Below the pieces are notes generated by a model. That model was given only the letters and a program-made list of their open reading frames with translations. It did not search any database and was not told the DNA's origin. A stretch of DNA of 64,000 nucleotides from an uncultured bacterium (GTDB lineage Bacteria > Actinomycetota > Coriobacteriia > Coriobacteriales > Coriobacteriaceae). A program made the translations under genes and the position numbers. This document shows positions 1-10,383 of the stretch, one piece after another. The stretch lies in the NCBI GenBank assembly GCA_905215385.1, contig CAJMPY010000006.1, positions 5,292 through 69,291 of the forward strand, given 5' to 3'. The stretch's first letter is position 1. Each line of letters begins with the position of its first letter.

Positions 1-549
1 GTGGTGCCGGTCGGGCGCGACCAGCTGCCGCACATCGAGCTCACCCGCACCATCGCACGCAAGTTCAACAACCGCTACGGCAAGGTGTTCCCCGAGGTCG
101 ACGCGCTGCTGTCCGACACGCCGCTGCTGCCCGGCCTTGATGGGCGCAAGATGAGCAAGTCCTACGGCAACGCCATCAACATCTCCATGACCGCTGAGGA
201 GACGGCCAAGCGCATCAAGAAGAGCCAGACCGACGGCGAGCGCATGATCACGTTCGACCCCGAAGCCCGTCCCGGCGTGTCCGGCCTGCTCTCCACCGCC
301 GCCATCTGCACCGGTCGCTCCGAGGTCGAGATCGCCGAGGAGATCGGCATGGGCGGCGCAGGCGCGCTCAAGAAGTACGTCACCGAGAGCGTGAACGAGT
401 ACTTCGCCCCCATCCGCGCGCGCCGCGAGGAGCTCGTGCAGGATATGGACTACGTCAAGGACGTCCTGCGCGAGGGCAACCGCCGCGCCAACGAGGTCGC
501 CGAGGCCACGCTCGCCGAGGTACGCGAAGCCATGGGAATGGTGTACTAA
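1..549 (+). CDS. trpS: tryptophan--tRNA ligase, C-terminal fragment (5' end lies outside the window)
   Basis: GRDQLPHIELTRTIARKFN and KMSKS motifs of class I TrpRS; ORF runs from the window edge to a stop at 549. Confidence 0.8.
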   Translation: MVPVGRDQLPHIELTRTIARKFNNRYGKVFPEVDALLSDTPLLPGLDGRKMSKSYGNAINISMTAEETAKRIKKSQTDGERMITFDPEARPGVSGLLSTAAICTGRSEVEIAEEIGMGGAGALKKYVTESVNEYFAPIRARREELVQDMDYVKDVLREGNRRANEVAEATLAEVREAMGMVY

Positions 550-688
550 GCCATCCGGCTCGCGGAAACGCGCCGCGACACGCGAATGGGCCATCTTCAC
601 GTGTCCACGCCTTCGACATAGTCAAGGTCTTACGAGGTGGGCGATAATAAGCCCGCCTCGTTTTTTACGTTGTATGGGGGATTGCATG

Positions 689-1516
689 TACCGACTTGTT
701 GCCAGCGATATGGATGAGACGTTTCTCGATGCCGACCACGCCATCCCGGCGTCCAATCTCCGAGCACTCAAACGCATGAGGGAGCTCGGTGTGCTGTTCG
801 TCCCTTCGAGCGGGCGATGGTATTCCTCTATCATGGACAACTTCTCGGGGGAGGCCCGCGAGCTGATCGAAGACGGCTATGTGCTCTCCTATAACGGCGG
901 CTTCATCAACCGCGTGGGAGACCCCACCCCGCTCACCACCTGCGGCCTTTCCAACGAATGCGCGAACGCGATCTATGCAAAGGGGCTCGAACTCGGACTC
1001 TGCATGCACGTCAACGTCGCCGACGGCCACGTGTTCGTGAATGACGCACCCACACGGGAGCGCGACTATCTGGAATCGATCACCGGGGTCACTCATTTTC
1101 GCGGATCTGACCATCTCGACCTCTCATTCCTTGAAGGCCGTGGCATCGTGAAGATCCTGTACGTCGACTGGGACTTCGATGCGCTGCAGGAATTGGGCCG
1201 CAAGCTCGCGCCGATGGCCGAGCGACTCGGCGTTGACATCACCTTCTCCTCCAAGCGCTACCTCGAACTCATGCCCGCAGGCGTTGACAAAGGGACGGGG
1301 CTCACGCGCCTTGCCGATATGCTGGGAATTCCGATGTCCGAGGTCATCGCCGTTGGTGATTCCGCAAACGACCTCTCCATGATCAAGGCGGCGGGACTGG
1401 GCGTCGGCGTGGCGAATGTCACCGACGACGTGCGGCCGTATTGCGATGTCGTCCTTGAAACGACCGGGACTGAGGGTGCGTTCTCCGAACTCATCGAGCG
1501 ATTCCTTGAACCCTAA
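689..1516 (+). CDS. Cof-type HAD-IIB family hydrolase
   Basis: N-terminal DMDETFL (DxD) motif, C-terminal GDSANDLSM motif; RBS-like GGGGGA before the ATG at 689 (ORF track starts at 674). Confidence 0.75.
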   Translation, partial: YRLVASDMDETFLDADHAIPASNLRALKRMRELGVLFVPSSGRWYSSIMDNFSGEARELIEDGYVLSYNGGFINRVGDPTPLTTCGLSNECANAIYAKGLELGLCMHVNVADGHVFVNDAPTRERDYLESITGVTHFRGSDHLDLSFLEGRGIVKILYVDWDFDALQELGRKLAPMAERLGVDITFSSKRYLELMPAGVDKGTGLTRLADMLGIPMSEVIAVGDSANDLSMIKAAGLGVGVANVTDDVRPYCDVVLETTGTEGAFSELIERFLEP

Positions 1517-1773
1517 CGACCACATGTCACTGTGTCTTTCTATTTGTAACCCTTGATTAACTTATGGAGAGGCTGTGTGCTCGTCGGTCTACGACTTGGG
1601 TCTCAGAGAATTAGCTATAGTTAACTTAATGAAGGCACAGGCGAATTAAAGACCTTCGACACGAACGTTGCGCCTTCCCACCCCTCGCGCAACACCTCTT
1701 TGGAAAGGCGCCCCGCACATGTGGGGCGCCTTTCTTGACTACAATGGCGATATCGATTGAAAGTGAGGGCGGC

Positions 1774-2106
1774 ATGGCAGACCGGGACACCGACGGATTC
1801 TTCAACCGCGTATACGACATGGTACGCCAGGTGCCCTGCGGCATGGTTGCCACATATGGTCAGATCGCCAAGCTCGTTGGTGAGCCCCGTCGAGCCCGAT
1901 ACGTGGGATACGCCCTGCACGTCAATCCGGAACCCGGCACCATCCCCTGTCATCGCATCGTATTCGCCGACGGACGCCTCGCGGAGGGGTTCGCCTTCGG
2001 TGGGCCCGAGGCGCAGCGCACACTGCTCGAGGACGAAGGCGTTGCCTTCCTCGCCAACGGACATGTCGACCTGCAGGCCTCTCGCTGGCCAGCGGGCCTG
2101 GTATGA
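1774..2106 (+). CDS. MGMT-family protein (methylated-DNA-protein-cysteine methyltransferase DNA-binding domain)
   Basis: YGQIA...PCHRIV active-site-like motif; GAGGGCGG RBS before the ATG at 1774 (ORF track 1735). Confidence 0.7.
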   Translation: MADRDTDGFFNRVYDMVRQVPCGMVATYGQIAKLVGEPRRARYVGYALHVNPEPGTIPCHRIVFADGRLAEGFAFGGPEAQRTLLEDEGVAFLANGHVDLQASRWPAGLV

Positions 2107-2160
2107 CAAGGGGCGCCGACAGCGCCCCTTCCCGTTTTGGATCCTTGGCAGGCAACCCAA

Positions 2161-3264
2161 TCAAACGGTCGCCTCGAGTGCGTCCCCCGCGCGGTCGAGT
2201 GTGCTTCTGACCTTGGCACCCTGTTTGAACCACGTGCGCAGGTCCTCGAGCGTGCTGCCCGCTGCATACACCTTGATTTTGCGACCACCCCTCGTGGTCA
2301 CCGTGCAGCGGTCGCCGCTCTCGCTGTTCTCGTGCGCCGTGATCTTCTTGAGGCAATCGCGGCGAAACGCCACGACGCGGGCGTTGCTGATCTCGATGAA
2401 CCAATCGTCATCGACAAGCGAAGTACCCGTGGCACCTCGGCTTGCCATCTCCTCGGAGAAGGAGAAACCGAGCGCGCGCTCCTGCCTGCCGATCTCGAGG
2501 ATGCCGCGGGCCGGCATGCTGAGCATGACCAGGGGAAGCGCGACGCCGATGAGTAGGAACAGGAACGGGATGAGCACGAGCAGGCGCGCACCCTCGTCGG
2601 TGAAGACCGCCATGAAGGCGAGGACGAGCGAGAAGACGAGGGCCATGCCGTTGAAAACAATCGTCAACGGCTTGATGGCAGACCAACACAGGCCCGCCTT
2701 GGTCATGGGACCGTCGACGGCGTCCGAGACTTCGATGCCCTCTTCCTCCAGACGGGCGAGGAGGTTGAGCGAGCACACCCCCTCGAGGCTTATCGAGCAG
2801 AACTTCCGGTCGCCCTCGAACAGGTCGATCCTCATCATCTGCGTGTGAAGCGTTGCACGGGTGATGTTGCCAAACGTCGTCTCCTTGCGGATGCCGAAGG
2901 CGTTACGCGAGAGAATTCGCTCACCGTCCACGTCGATGCGCGGGATGCTCAGCAGGGCCCAGATGGCCATGCCCGCGAGCGCCATGGCGTGACCGAACCA
3001 CACAAGTTCGTGGTCCCACTCGCCCAACGAGACGCCCTGCCAGACGTAGACACCCAGCATGAGCAGTTCGAACGCGACGGCGCAGCAGGCGATGATCGTG
3101 CGGATGGCTGCGGGCATGCGCACCGTGAAGCAATCGAGGCTGTCCGTTGCCTCGCTGCGCTCGCGCGCGCCGCGGCGGGCGACCCATGCAGTGAGCGGGC
3201 CGACGATGAACACGGTCATACCGACGTGCAGAATGGATTCGAGCAGATTACTCATAGGGGCCAC
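2161..3264 (-). CDS. hypothetical polytopic membrane protein
   Basis: 367-aa ORF with several hydrophobic helices; GTG start at 3264 or ATG at 3255. Confidence 0.5.
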   Translation of the reverse strand: MAPMSNLLESILHVGMTVFIVGPLTAWVARRGARERSEATDSLDCFTVRMPAAIRTIIACCAVAFELLMLGVYVWQGVSLGEWDHELVWFGHAMALAGMAIWALLSIPRIDVDGERILSRNAFGIRKETTFGNITRATLHTQMMRIDLFEGDRKFCSISLEGVCSLNLLARLEEEGIEVSDAVDGPMTKAGLCWSAIKPLTIVFNGMALVFSLVLAFMAVFTDEGARLLVLIPFLFLLIGVALPLVMLSMPARGILEIGRQERALGFSFSEEMASRGATGTSLVDDDWFIEISNARVVAFRRDCLKKITAHENSESGDRCTVTTRGGRKIKVYAAGSTLEDLRTWFKQGAKVRSTLDRAGDALEATV

Positions 3265-3512
3265 CGCCTCGGGCTCTGGAGATTAACTGCAGGAAACGCT
3301 GCCAGAACGATGGGATGCGCACAACGTAAGGAGCCGCGTATCGGCAAGCGGCGGCATCGCAATCGCCCGGCGAACAGATGATGATCGGCGCCGGGCCAGA
3401 CGAATTAAACAAAAGGGTGGTCGACGGCGCCCTCGCAGGCGCACCGTCGACCACCCTTCACGTCGCAGCGACCCTACGAGCCGTCCGAAACGAAACGCAC
3501 TCCGCCAGAGCG

Positions 3513-4763
3513 CTACCCAATCTTGCGGATGCTCGGGATCGCCCAGGTGATGCCTGCTAGGATCACCATTGCAGCACCGATGAGCACGAAACACGCGCTT
3601 ACGCCGATGGCGTCCGCGAACAAGGTCGATGCGACGAGCCCCACGGGCATGGCCCAGCTGCAGACCGCTCCGTACAGGCCGAAGACGCGGCCCATGCACT
3701 CGGGATCGACGCGCTCCTGCATGAGCGCCATCTGCGGCGCGCTGTACAGCGGACTCGAGACCCCCATCGCGAACGTAAGCCCCAGAAACACAACGAGCGC
3801 GGAAGGGGGCACGAGGCCGCCCGCGAGCGTGCCCGCTCCGAAGAGGCCGATGGCCAGCGTGCACGAAAGCGCGCGGTTCTTAAGGCCACCCGTCGCCCCG
3901 ATCCAGCCGCTCGCCGCGATCATGCCGACCGAGAACGCGATCTCCGCGATAGCCGACTGCGTAGTGGTACCCCCAAAATGGTCGAACACCATGAGCGGGA
4001 ACAGCGCGGATATGGGCGAGAACAGGACCGAGAAGGCGAAGCCGATCCAGAGCATGGCGAACAGACCGTGATGGCGTTTGAGCTCGCGGTACCCGTTGGC
4101 CGTCTCCAATAGGAAGGCCCGCACCGCGTGGTGCGACGCCTCGGCGTTCTCCTCGGGCGTATGGCGCTCGGGCGCCGGCGTCTTGATGCCGGAGGTCGCC
4201 ACCGCGATGCTCGCGAGCACCGCGCCGGCGACATCGAGCGCGATCATGAAGGTCAGACCAAACGCCGGGTAGACCACCGCGGCGATGGCGTTGCCGATAA
4301 TATAGCTACCCGACTGCATGAACTGCAGCATGCCCGCCAGCTTGCCGAGCACCTCGGGCGGGGCGATGAGCGGTGTGAGCGCGTTGAAGGCGGGCGTATG
4401 GAGCGTGCTGCCCAGCGCACGGACGAACAGCACCGCCGCCACAACGGCGACAGAGAGGTCGCCCCGAAGCGAGCCGAAGACAAGCGTGAGGCTCACGGCC
4501 GCGATGAAGAGATCGGCGCCGATCATGAGACGCTTGATGGACGTGCGGTCCACGATGGTGCCCGCGAAGGCGCCGAGGAGCGCCATGGGCAAGAAGGCCG
4601 CCAGGCTCACGAACGACAGGGCGCTCGCGGAGCCGGTGGTGAGGGTGACGTGCCAGATGAGACCCATCTGCAGAATGGAGCTCGTGAGCACGGAGAAGAA
4701 CTCGCCGATCCAGACGAGGGCGAGCGAGCGCTTCCAAGAAGCGCAGGGATTCGGTTGTGTCAT
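3513..4763 (-). CDS. MFS transporter
   Basis: 416-aa ORF with about 12 predicted TM helices and MFS-like glycine-rich loops; AAAGGA RBS upstream. Confidence 0.75.
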   Translation of the reverse strand: MTQPNPCASWKRSLALVWIGEFFSVLTSSILQMGLIWHVTLTTGSASALSFVSLAAFLPMALLGAFAGTIVDRTSIKRLMIGADLFIAAVSLTLVFGSLRGDLSVAVVAAVLFVRALGSTLHTPAFNALTPLIAPPEVLGKLAGMLQFMQSGSYIIGNAIAAVVYPAFGLTFMIALDVAGAVLASIAVATSGIKTPAPERHTPEENAEASHHAVRAFLLETANGYRELKRHHGLFAMLWIGFAFSVLFSPISALFPLMVFDHFGGTTTQSAIAEIAFSVGMIAASGWIGATGGLKNRALSCTLAIGLFGAGTLAGGLVPPSALVVFLGLTFAMGVSSPLYSAPQMALMQERVDPECMGRVFGLYGAVCSWAMPVGLVASTLFADAIGVSACFVLIGAAMVILAGITWAIPSIRKIG

Positions 4764-5158
4764 GGAATAATCCTTTGATGCGATCGGTGGTATGCAGCGA
4801 AGTACCGGTCGCTCACGCGACCGTGGCTAGAGCCAAATCCTCATGGAAGCAAGCATGGTGCAGCTCCCCTTTCCAAATCTCGAGGTAAACCTTCAGCCGT
4901 GAGTGGGGCTATTATAGGGACTTGCGAGCCAAGATGCAACAGGAAGACCTCTACGGAGCGTAGATGCCGGGCGCCCCGAACCACTTATGCCATGAGAGAC
5001 GGCATCCGATTCTCCTTGACTTGGTCTCAATGTGATTATCACAATGCAATCAGCAGCCGCACGGACTGCTCGGGGACTCGCCTCCTCCCCATCGCAATCT
5101 GGAGCGCGGCGCCGGGGACGTCACGCAAACGCCGGCGCGGTCGTGAAAGGAACTCACA

Positions 5159-6178
5159 ATGAGCGTGGAAAAGCAACTCAAGGCCACGTCGGGCTATGGT
5201 ATGCTCGCCGCCGTCATCGCGGCGCTGCTCGCCATCGTCGGCCTCTTCATCTGGAGCGTCACCGGCCTCGCCGGAACGCCGGACGGCGTCGACGCGCCGG
5301 CCGCCTACGGCTGGGGCCTAGGGCTCAGCATCGTATCCTTTTGTTTTTGGTTCCTGCTGCTGAACGGATTCTTCTCGCTGCAGCCCGGCCAGGCGCGCGT
5401 GTGCATCCTGTTCGGCAAGTACGTGGGCACCGTCCGCGACGAGGGCTTCTTCTGGGCCAACCCGTTCTTTAGCAAGAGCATGGGCGGATCGGCCGGGATC
5501 GGCGAGATGATCGAGCTCGAGATGAGCGATTCCAAAGCCGCCAAGGCCGCGGCGCAGAAGGCCGCCAAGGGCAACCCCACCACTATCTCCACCCGCGTGC
5601 GCACCCTGAATGGCGAGCGCCTGAAGGTCAACGACAAAATGGGCAACCCCATCGAGATCGCAACCGTCGTGGTGTGGCACGTCGCCGATACCGCCAAGGC
5701 GCTCTTCGACGTCGACGACTACCAGAGCTATGTCGCCATGCAGGCCGAGACGGCGCTGCGCCACGTGGCGAGCGTGTACGCCTACGACCATCTTGAGGAC
5801 GAGTCCGATGCCGCCGGCGCCATCACGCTGCGCGCCAATGTGGAAGAGGTCTCCGAAGCCCTGCGCCGCGAGCTCGCGATGCGCCTGGCACCCGCCGGCG
5901 TGGAGGTCGACGACGCCCGCCTCACCCATCTTGCCTACTCCCCCGAGATCGCCCAGGCGATGCTGCGCCGCCAGCAGGCCGAGGCCGTCATCGCCGCGCG
6001 CAAGAAGATCGTCGAGGGCGCGGTTTCCATGGTCGACATGGCCGTGAAGGAGATGGCCGCCGGCGGCACCATCGAGCTGGACGACGAGCGCAAGGCGCAG
6101 ATGGCCAGCAACCTCATGGTGGTGCTCTGCGGTGAATCCGAGGCGCACCCGGTGCTCAACGCAGGCTCGCTGTACTAA
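5159..6178 (+). CDS. SPFH/band-7 domain membrane protein
   Basis: Two N-terminal TM helices followed by a stomatin/prohibitin-like domain and an alanine/glutamine-rich coiled-coil tail. Confidence 0.65.
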   Translation: MSVEKQLKATSGYGMLAAVIAALLAIVGLFIWSVTGLAGTPDGVDAPAAYGWGLGLSIVSFCFWFLLLNGFFSLQPGQARVCILFGKYVGTVRDEGFFWANPFFSKSMGGSAGIGEMIELEMSDSKAAKAAAQKAAKGNPTTISTRVRTLNGERLKVNDKMGNPIEIATVVVWHVADTAKALFDVDDYQSYVAMQAETALRHVASVYAYDHLEDESDAAGAITLRANVEEVSEALRRELAMRLAPAGVEVDDARLTHLAYSPEIAQAMLRRQQAEAVIAARKKIVEGAVSMVDMAVKEMAAGGTIELDDERKAQMASNLMVVLCGESEAHPVLNAGSLY

Positions 6179-6241
6179 CCCCAACACCAATGAGTAATTT
6201 GGGACGGGTGCAGAATTGCACATTCGACAAGAAGGCACGTC

Positions 6242-6433
6242 ATGGCACGCAAGCAGTATCCACTCCGTATAGACCCCGCTATCGGGGAGGCCGTCCAACG
6301 CTGGGCGGACGATGAGATGCGCAGCGCCAACGGTCAGGTGGAATGGATCTTGCGAGACGCCCTCAAACGCGCGGGAAGGCTGCCGAAGAAAGAGCCCTCG
6401 TCCAAGGACGCACCCAAAGGCGAGGAGGGCTAA
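6242..6433 (+). CDS. Arc-type ribbon-helix-helix DNA-binding protein
   Basis: 63-aa ORF; YPLRIDPAIGEAVQRWADDEMRSANGQVEWILRDAL matches the RHH/Arc fold pattern. Confidence 0.55.
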   Translation: MARKQYPLRIDPAIGEAVQRWADDEMRSANGQVEWILRDALKRAGRLPKKEPSSKDAPKGEEG

Positions 6434-6640
6434 GCTGGGAAGACAGGGCTCGGCCGCTGCCGACGTCGGGACAAAGCCGCGCCCCGCGCCGCGGTCGAGG
6501 CAGAGCTGAGCCCCGCCGCTCCAAAGTCGAGCCGAGCGGCGGGGCCAACACCAACCCAAAGCAAGCTCGCCCCCTCTATACGCACCAACCGGTCCCCGGA
6601 GGCATCCGCCTTTGGGGACCGTTCTTTTCCCAGCTAGATG

Positions 6641-6707
6641 TCGTATATAAAGCCTTTTGACAGCTCGATTTTGCCCCGTGGGGGTCATATATAAAGACCT
6701 TTGATGG
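6641..6707. promoter_or_regulatory. two direct repeats TCRTATATAAAGMCCTTTGA about 44 bp apart, upstream of the XRE/TM regulator gene
   Basis: tcgtatataaagccttttga (6641-) and tcatatataaagacctttga (6685-) read directly from the sequence; each contains a TATATAAA -10-like element. Confidence 0.35.
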
Positions 6708-6776
6708 TACGATACTCGCGTCAATGACATGGTGGCTCTCGACAGGGGTCACCCCGACCCTCTAGGGAGCAAACGC

Positions 6777-7397
6777 ATGGAGCTGGGCTCGCACATCAAG
6801 GAGCATCGCACGGAGCTCGGACTGTCCCAAGACGATCTGGCGGAGCGCATCTACGTGTCGCGCCAGACCATCAGCAACTGGGAGTGCGGCCGTACGTATC
6901 CGGATGTCCAGAGCCTGCTGCTGCTTTCCAACGTGTTCGGGGTGACCGTGGACTCCCTCATCAAAGGAGATGTGGAAACCATGGCACAGGTAATGAACGA
7001 AGCGGTCAAGAAGTACAACGCCCTCTCCACAATCACGGTCGTGAGCGCGGTCGTGTTTTTGGTGCTGAGCGCGTGGGCGGCGTTCCAGTTCGAATGGGGC
7101 TGGGGCATGCACATCGCGCCCACCGCGGCGTTTGCCGCCGTGGCGCTCGTCGTGATGCTCGTGGCGTTCGTGTATATGGAACGCATGAAGAAGCAGCACG
7201 ACCTCGTCACGTACCGCGAGGTGTTGGCGTTTAGCCGCGGCGAGCAGGTCGATCGCGACACGCTCGAGGGGCGCCGTGAGCGCGAGATGAACCTTTGGGT
7301 CAAGGGCACGCGCAACGCGGTGCAGATCATCATCGGCGCCATCGCCGGCGGACTGGTGGGCGTCGGCATCGGCATGCTCGCCAAGATGTTGAGCTAG
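6777..7397 (+). CDS. XRE-family HTH transcriptional regulator with C-terminal transmembrane domain
   Basis: LGLSQDDLAERIYVSRQTISNWECGRTYPD HTH motif, then two hydrophobic helices; ORF track 6729..7397, likely ATG at MELGSH. Confidence 0.7.
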   Translation: MELGSHIKEHRTELGLSQDDLAERIYVSRQTISNWECGRTYPDVQSLLLLSNVFGVTVDSLIKGDVETMAQVMNEAVKKYNALSTITVVSAVVFLVLSAWAAFQFEWGWGMHIAPTAAFAAVALVVMLVAFVYMERMKKQHDLVTYREVLAFSRGEQVDRDTLEGRREREMNLWVKGTRNAVQIIIGAIAGGLVGVGIGMLAKMLS

Positions 7398-7492
7398 GTA
7401 GATCTGCAGACCGGATGGCCTTTCGCCGGCACGATCGCCCCCATTCCCGCCCCTCGTGGCAGAATGGGAGCGATTCTCGTTGAGGAGGCCCC

Positions 7493-7852
7493 ATGAACGC
7501 AACCGCGCGCACATTGCTCATCGCCGCAGCCGCCATCGCCGCCGCATGTTGGGCGGTCCCCGCCTTCCTGGTCGGCGCCGTCCCGCCCGATGCGGGGATG
7601 TTCGCCATGATGGCGCTCCTCTACGCCCTTCTCCCGATCACCGCGGTCGCCCTCGGCATGCTCGCCGCGGGCTCCGCGCGAACGCTCTTCTGGTTGCCCG
7701 CGGCGCTCGGGGCCGCCTTCGCCCTCCTGTTTCCCCTCGCGGTCGAGGGCAGCCAGGATATCGCGTTCTACGGCATCGCCTACGCTGCAATCGGCTACGC
7801 CGCCATGGCCCTGCGTGCCAGCACGGCCAAGCGGTGTTGCCCACCACGTTGA
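7493..7852 (+). CDS. small hydrophobic membrane protein
   Basis: 119-aa ORF, about 4 TM helices, GAGGAGG RBS 6 nt before the ATG. Confidence 0.5.
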   Translation: MNATARTLLIAAAAIAAACWAVPAFLVGAVPPDAGMFAMMALLYALLPITAVALGMLAAGSARTLFWLPAALGAAFALLFPLAVEGSQDIAFYGIAYAAIGYAAMALRASTAKRCCPPR

Positions 7853-7888
7853 ACCAGATGCCCATAAAGGGCCGTACAGGTCCGTCGC

Positions 7889-8060
7889 TTTCGGTGCGTC
7901 TATCTGATCTTCGGTGCGCCTACCAGATTTTCGGTGCACCTGTGAACCATTTTCCATTCGGTTTATCGTGCTCAGGTGCACCGAAGTTTTCAAAGTGCTC
8001 CGAAGATGAAATGAGATGCGCATTGGGCGCCCAACGTTTCAAAGAGCTCGGTGCGTATCG
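7889..8060. promoter_or_regulatory. array of TTCGGTGC(G/A) repeats (three direct at about 20-bp spacing, plus inverted copies)
   Basis: tttcggtgcg (7889), ttcggtgcgc (7910), ttcggtgcac (7930), inverted ggtgcaccgaag (7975), gctccgaag (7997), ctcggtgcg (8047). Confidence 0.4.
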
Positions 8061-8138
8061 AGCCAATCAAAGAGGCCCGCATATAGGGCGCACATCACTC
8101 CAATCGCACCACGATTCATGAATCTCCCAGCTCACAAG

Positions 8139-8198
8139 CATGTACAACAGATTTTGCAGAGGCCGGCGGTCCTTGCCGCATATGATGTACAACAGATT
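8139..8198. promoter_or_regulatory. 14-bp direct repeat ATGTACAACAGATT x2 immediately upstream of the second XRE/TM gene
   Basis: Copies at about 8140-8153 and 8185-8198; gene start at 8253. Confidence 0.4.
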
Positions 8199-8252
8199 CG
8201 ATAGCGCACCCGGCGTGTTCGCGGGACGCTCCTTCACGACCGGGAGGTGACG

Positions 8253-8790
8253 ATGGACATCAGCAACCAGATCAAGACGAGGCGCGAGGCGATGGGGCTC
8301 TCCCAAGAACAGCTCGCCGAGAAACTCTACGTGTCGCGTCAGACGATCTCGAACTGGGAGCGGGACAAGACGTATCCGGACGTCCAGAGTCTGCTCATGC
8401 TGAGCATCCTATTCGACACCTCCATAGACACGCTCGTGAAGGGAGACGTGACCGTTATGGAAGAGGCAGTCGAAAGAGATCGCAAGCGCATGGGAACGCG
8501 GATGCTATGGCTGGCCGTGCTGATGCTCGCGTTGCTGGCGGTGGCGTTCGCGCTGATACTGTCGCCGGCGTTTAACTGGATGGAGGGCACCTGGGGCGCC
8601 GGCGTCGCCGCGGCTGCGGCGTTCCTGCCGGCGATAGCGGCGCTTGTTGTCGCAACCGTCCTCGAGCGCATCAAGCGCGAGAACGACCTGGTGACATACC
8701 GCGAGATCCTCGCTGTCCGCAATGCAGACAGGTGCTTTACAGCCACAAGCGCGATAGTTTCAACAACAAGATGCAGTGCCCCAGAGCCCC
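8253..8790 (+). CDS. paralogous XRE-family HTH/TM regulator; 3' end unresolved (possible pseudogene or read-through)
   Basis: About 60% identical to the 6777 gene over HTH plus TM region (LYVSRQTISNWERDKTYPDVQSLL); GGGAGG RBS; the frame has no stop until 10133 and runs antisense through the 8790-10112 gene. Confidence 0.45.
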
Positions 8791-10112
8791 TAGCAGTCGA
8801 CGATGGTCTTGCCGATCATGATGTTGAGGATCTCGACATCGGTATCCTTCATGCCCACACGGCCCACATAGCCCATGCTCGCGATCGTCTCCTCGACGGT
8901 ATCCTGGATCAGACCCTCGCCGGCGCGGAAGCCGCGGCCCTGCATGGCCATATCGTGGCCCAGAATCGCCGCATCGACGGCAGCGGAAATCTTGGCGGCA
9001 CAGCTCGCCTTGGCGCCGTCGCACACGATACCGCCCACGTTGCCGAGCGTGTTCGAGACCGTCGCACCAATCTGTTCGCGCGTGCCGCCACACAGCCAGG
9101 TAATCGCGGCACCGGCACCGCACGCGGCGCAAATAGCGCCGCAAAACGCCGAGAGCGCACCAATATAGCTCTTGATATGCACGGCGATAAGGTCGGACAG
9201 CATCACGGCGCGCACCAGGCGCTCGTTGTCGCAACGCAGGTAGTCGGCATACTCCATAACGGGCAGCGCACAGGTGATGCCCTGGTTGCCCGAGCCGCAC
9301 ACAATGGCGACCGGCAGCGCACAGCCGTTCATACGGGCATCGGACCCGGCGGCCGCACGGGCACGGGCACGGCAGGCGACGTCGTCGGCACGAGCGCCCA
9401 GCAGCGTACGGCCTACCTCGGCGCCCCAAGCGTGCGCCAGGCCCTCGGCGCTTATTGCGCCGTTCAGCTCAATCTGACGTTCAACGGCGGCGCGAGCACC
9501 CTCGATGTCGCCGTCCTCGATAAAGTCGATGATGGATTCGATCGACATGGGCGTGTCGGCCTTATCGGCGGCACGCTCGGCCACGACGCGCTCGGCGCAG
9601 GCGGCACACTCCCCCGCCGACTTGCCACACACCGGAATACCGTCGAGCGTATGGCACGTAACATTGGTGTGGTGGTCGGTGATCTCGACGACCGCGGTAT
9701 GGCCCCCGGCAGTGGCAGTTACCTTGATATAGAGGTTAGGCACACCCTCGACAAGCGACACGTCGCAGTAGTCAGCGTCGGCGAGCAGCTCGGTCACGCG
9801 AGCGCGGTCTGCATCGTCAACACTCTCGAGCACCTCGAGCGCGCTCTTGGCGTCACCGCCCACGGCACCCAGCACGGCCGCAGCCTCGATACCGTGCATA
9901 CCGCCCGAGTTGGGCACGGTCACGCTCTTAACGTTCTTAATGATGTTGCCCGAGCAGGCAACGTCCATATGATCGGGTTCGCAACCGAGCGTCTGGCTCG
10001 CCAACGCCGCTGCATAGGCAACGGCAATAGGCTCGGTGCAGCCGAGCGCACAGACAAGCTCGCGGTTCAAAACATCGCAAAACGCGGCATCACGGATGGA
10101 ATCGGTAGGCAT
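8790..10112 (-). CDS. L-cysteine desulfidase family protein (UPF0597/YhaM-like, serine dehydratase alpha-like)
   Basis: GCTEPIAVAYAAA N-terminal motif and Cys/Gly-rich C-terminal half typical of the family; 440 aa. Confidence 0.75.
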   Translation of the reverse strand: MPTDSIRDAAFCDVLNRELVCALGCTEPIAVAYAAALASQTLGCEPDHMDVACSGNIIKNVKSVTVPNSGGMHGIEAAAVLGAVGGDAKSALEVLESVDDADRARVTELLADADYCDVSLVEGVPNLYIKVTATAGGHTAVVEITDHHTNVTCHTLDGIPVCGKSAGECAACAERVVAERAADKADTPMSIESIIDFIEDGDIEGARAAVERQIELNGAISAEGLAHAWGAEVGRTLLGARADDVACRARARAAAGSDARMNGCALPVAIVCGSGNQGITCALPVMEYADYLRCDNERLVRAVMLSDLIAVHIKSYIGALSAFCGAICAACGAGAAITWLCGGTREQIGATVSNTLGNVGGIVCDGAKASCAAKISAAVDAAILGHDMAMQGRGFRAGEGLIQDTVEETIASMGYVGRVGMKDTDVEILNIMIGKTIVDC

Positions 10113-10383
10113 AGGTATCTCCTGCTTGCATAACGGGCTGGACTCTCAAAAAAGTTGGCTCCTTTATTTGATAACAATGCATCAAAAACCGCAACCATGG
10201 TTCCGGCGGACGGCGCTCAAGCACAAACTGGCGGCATTCATTCATGAAAAGCGGGTCTTGTTGCCTGCTAAAGCGTTTGATCAAAAAACGCCCGAGCGTT
10301 TACACAAAAGTCGCGCTATCATGCAGTCGAACGCGGTAAACACCTTTAGCATTTGCGCCGCACAGACCAGAGAGGAACCATCC

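Noticed and set aside
1757-2848. 363-aa plus-strand ORF overlapping the MGMT-family gene and the downstream membrane-protein gene
   Set aside because: It is an out-of-frame S/R/P-rich translation. The MGMT-family frame (1774-2106) and the minus-strand membrane gene explain the region.
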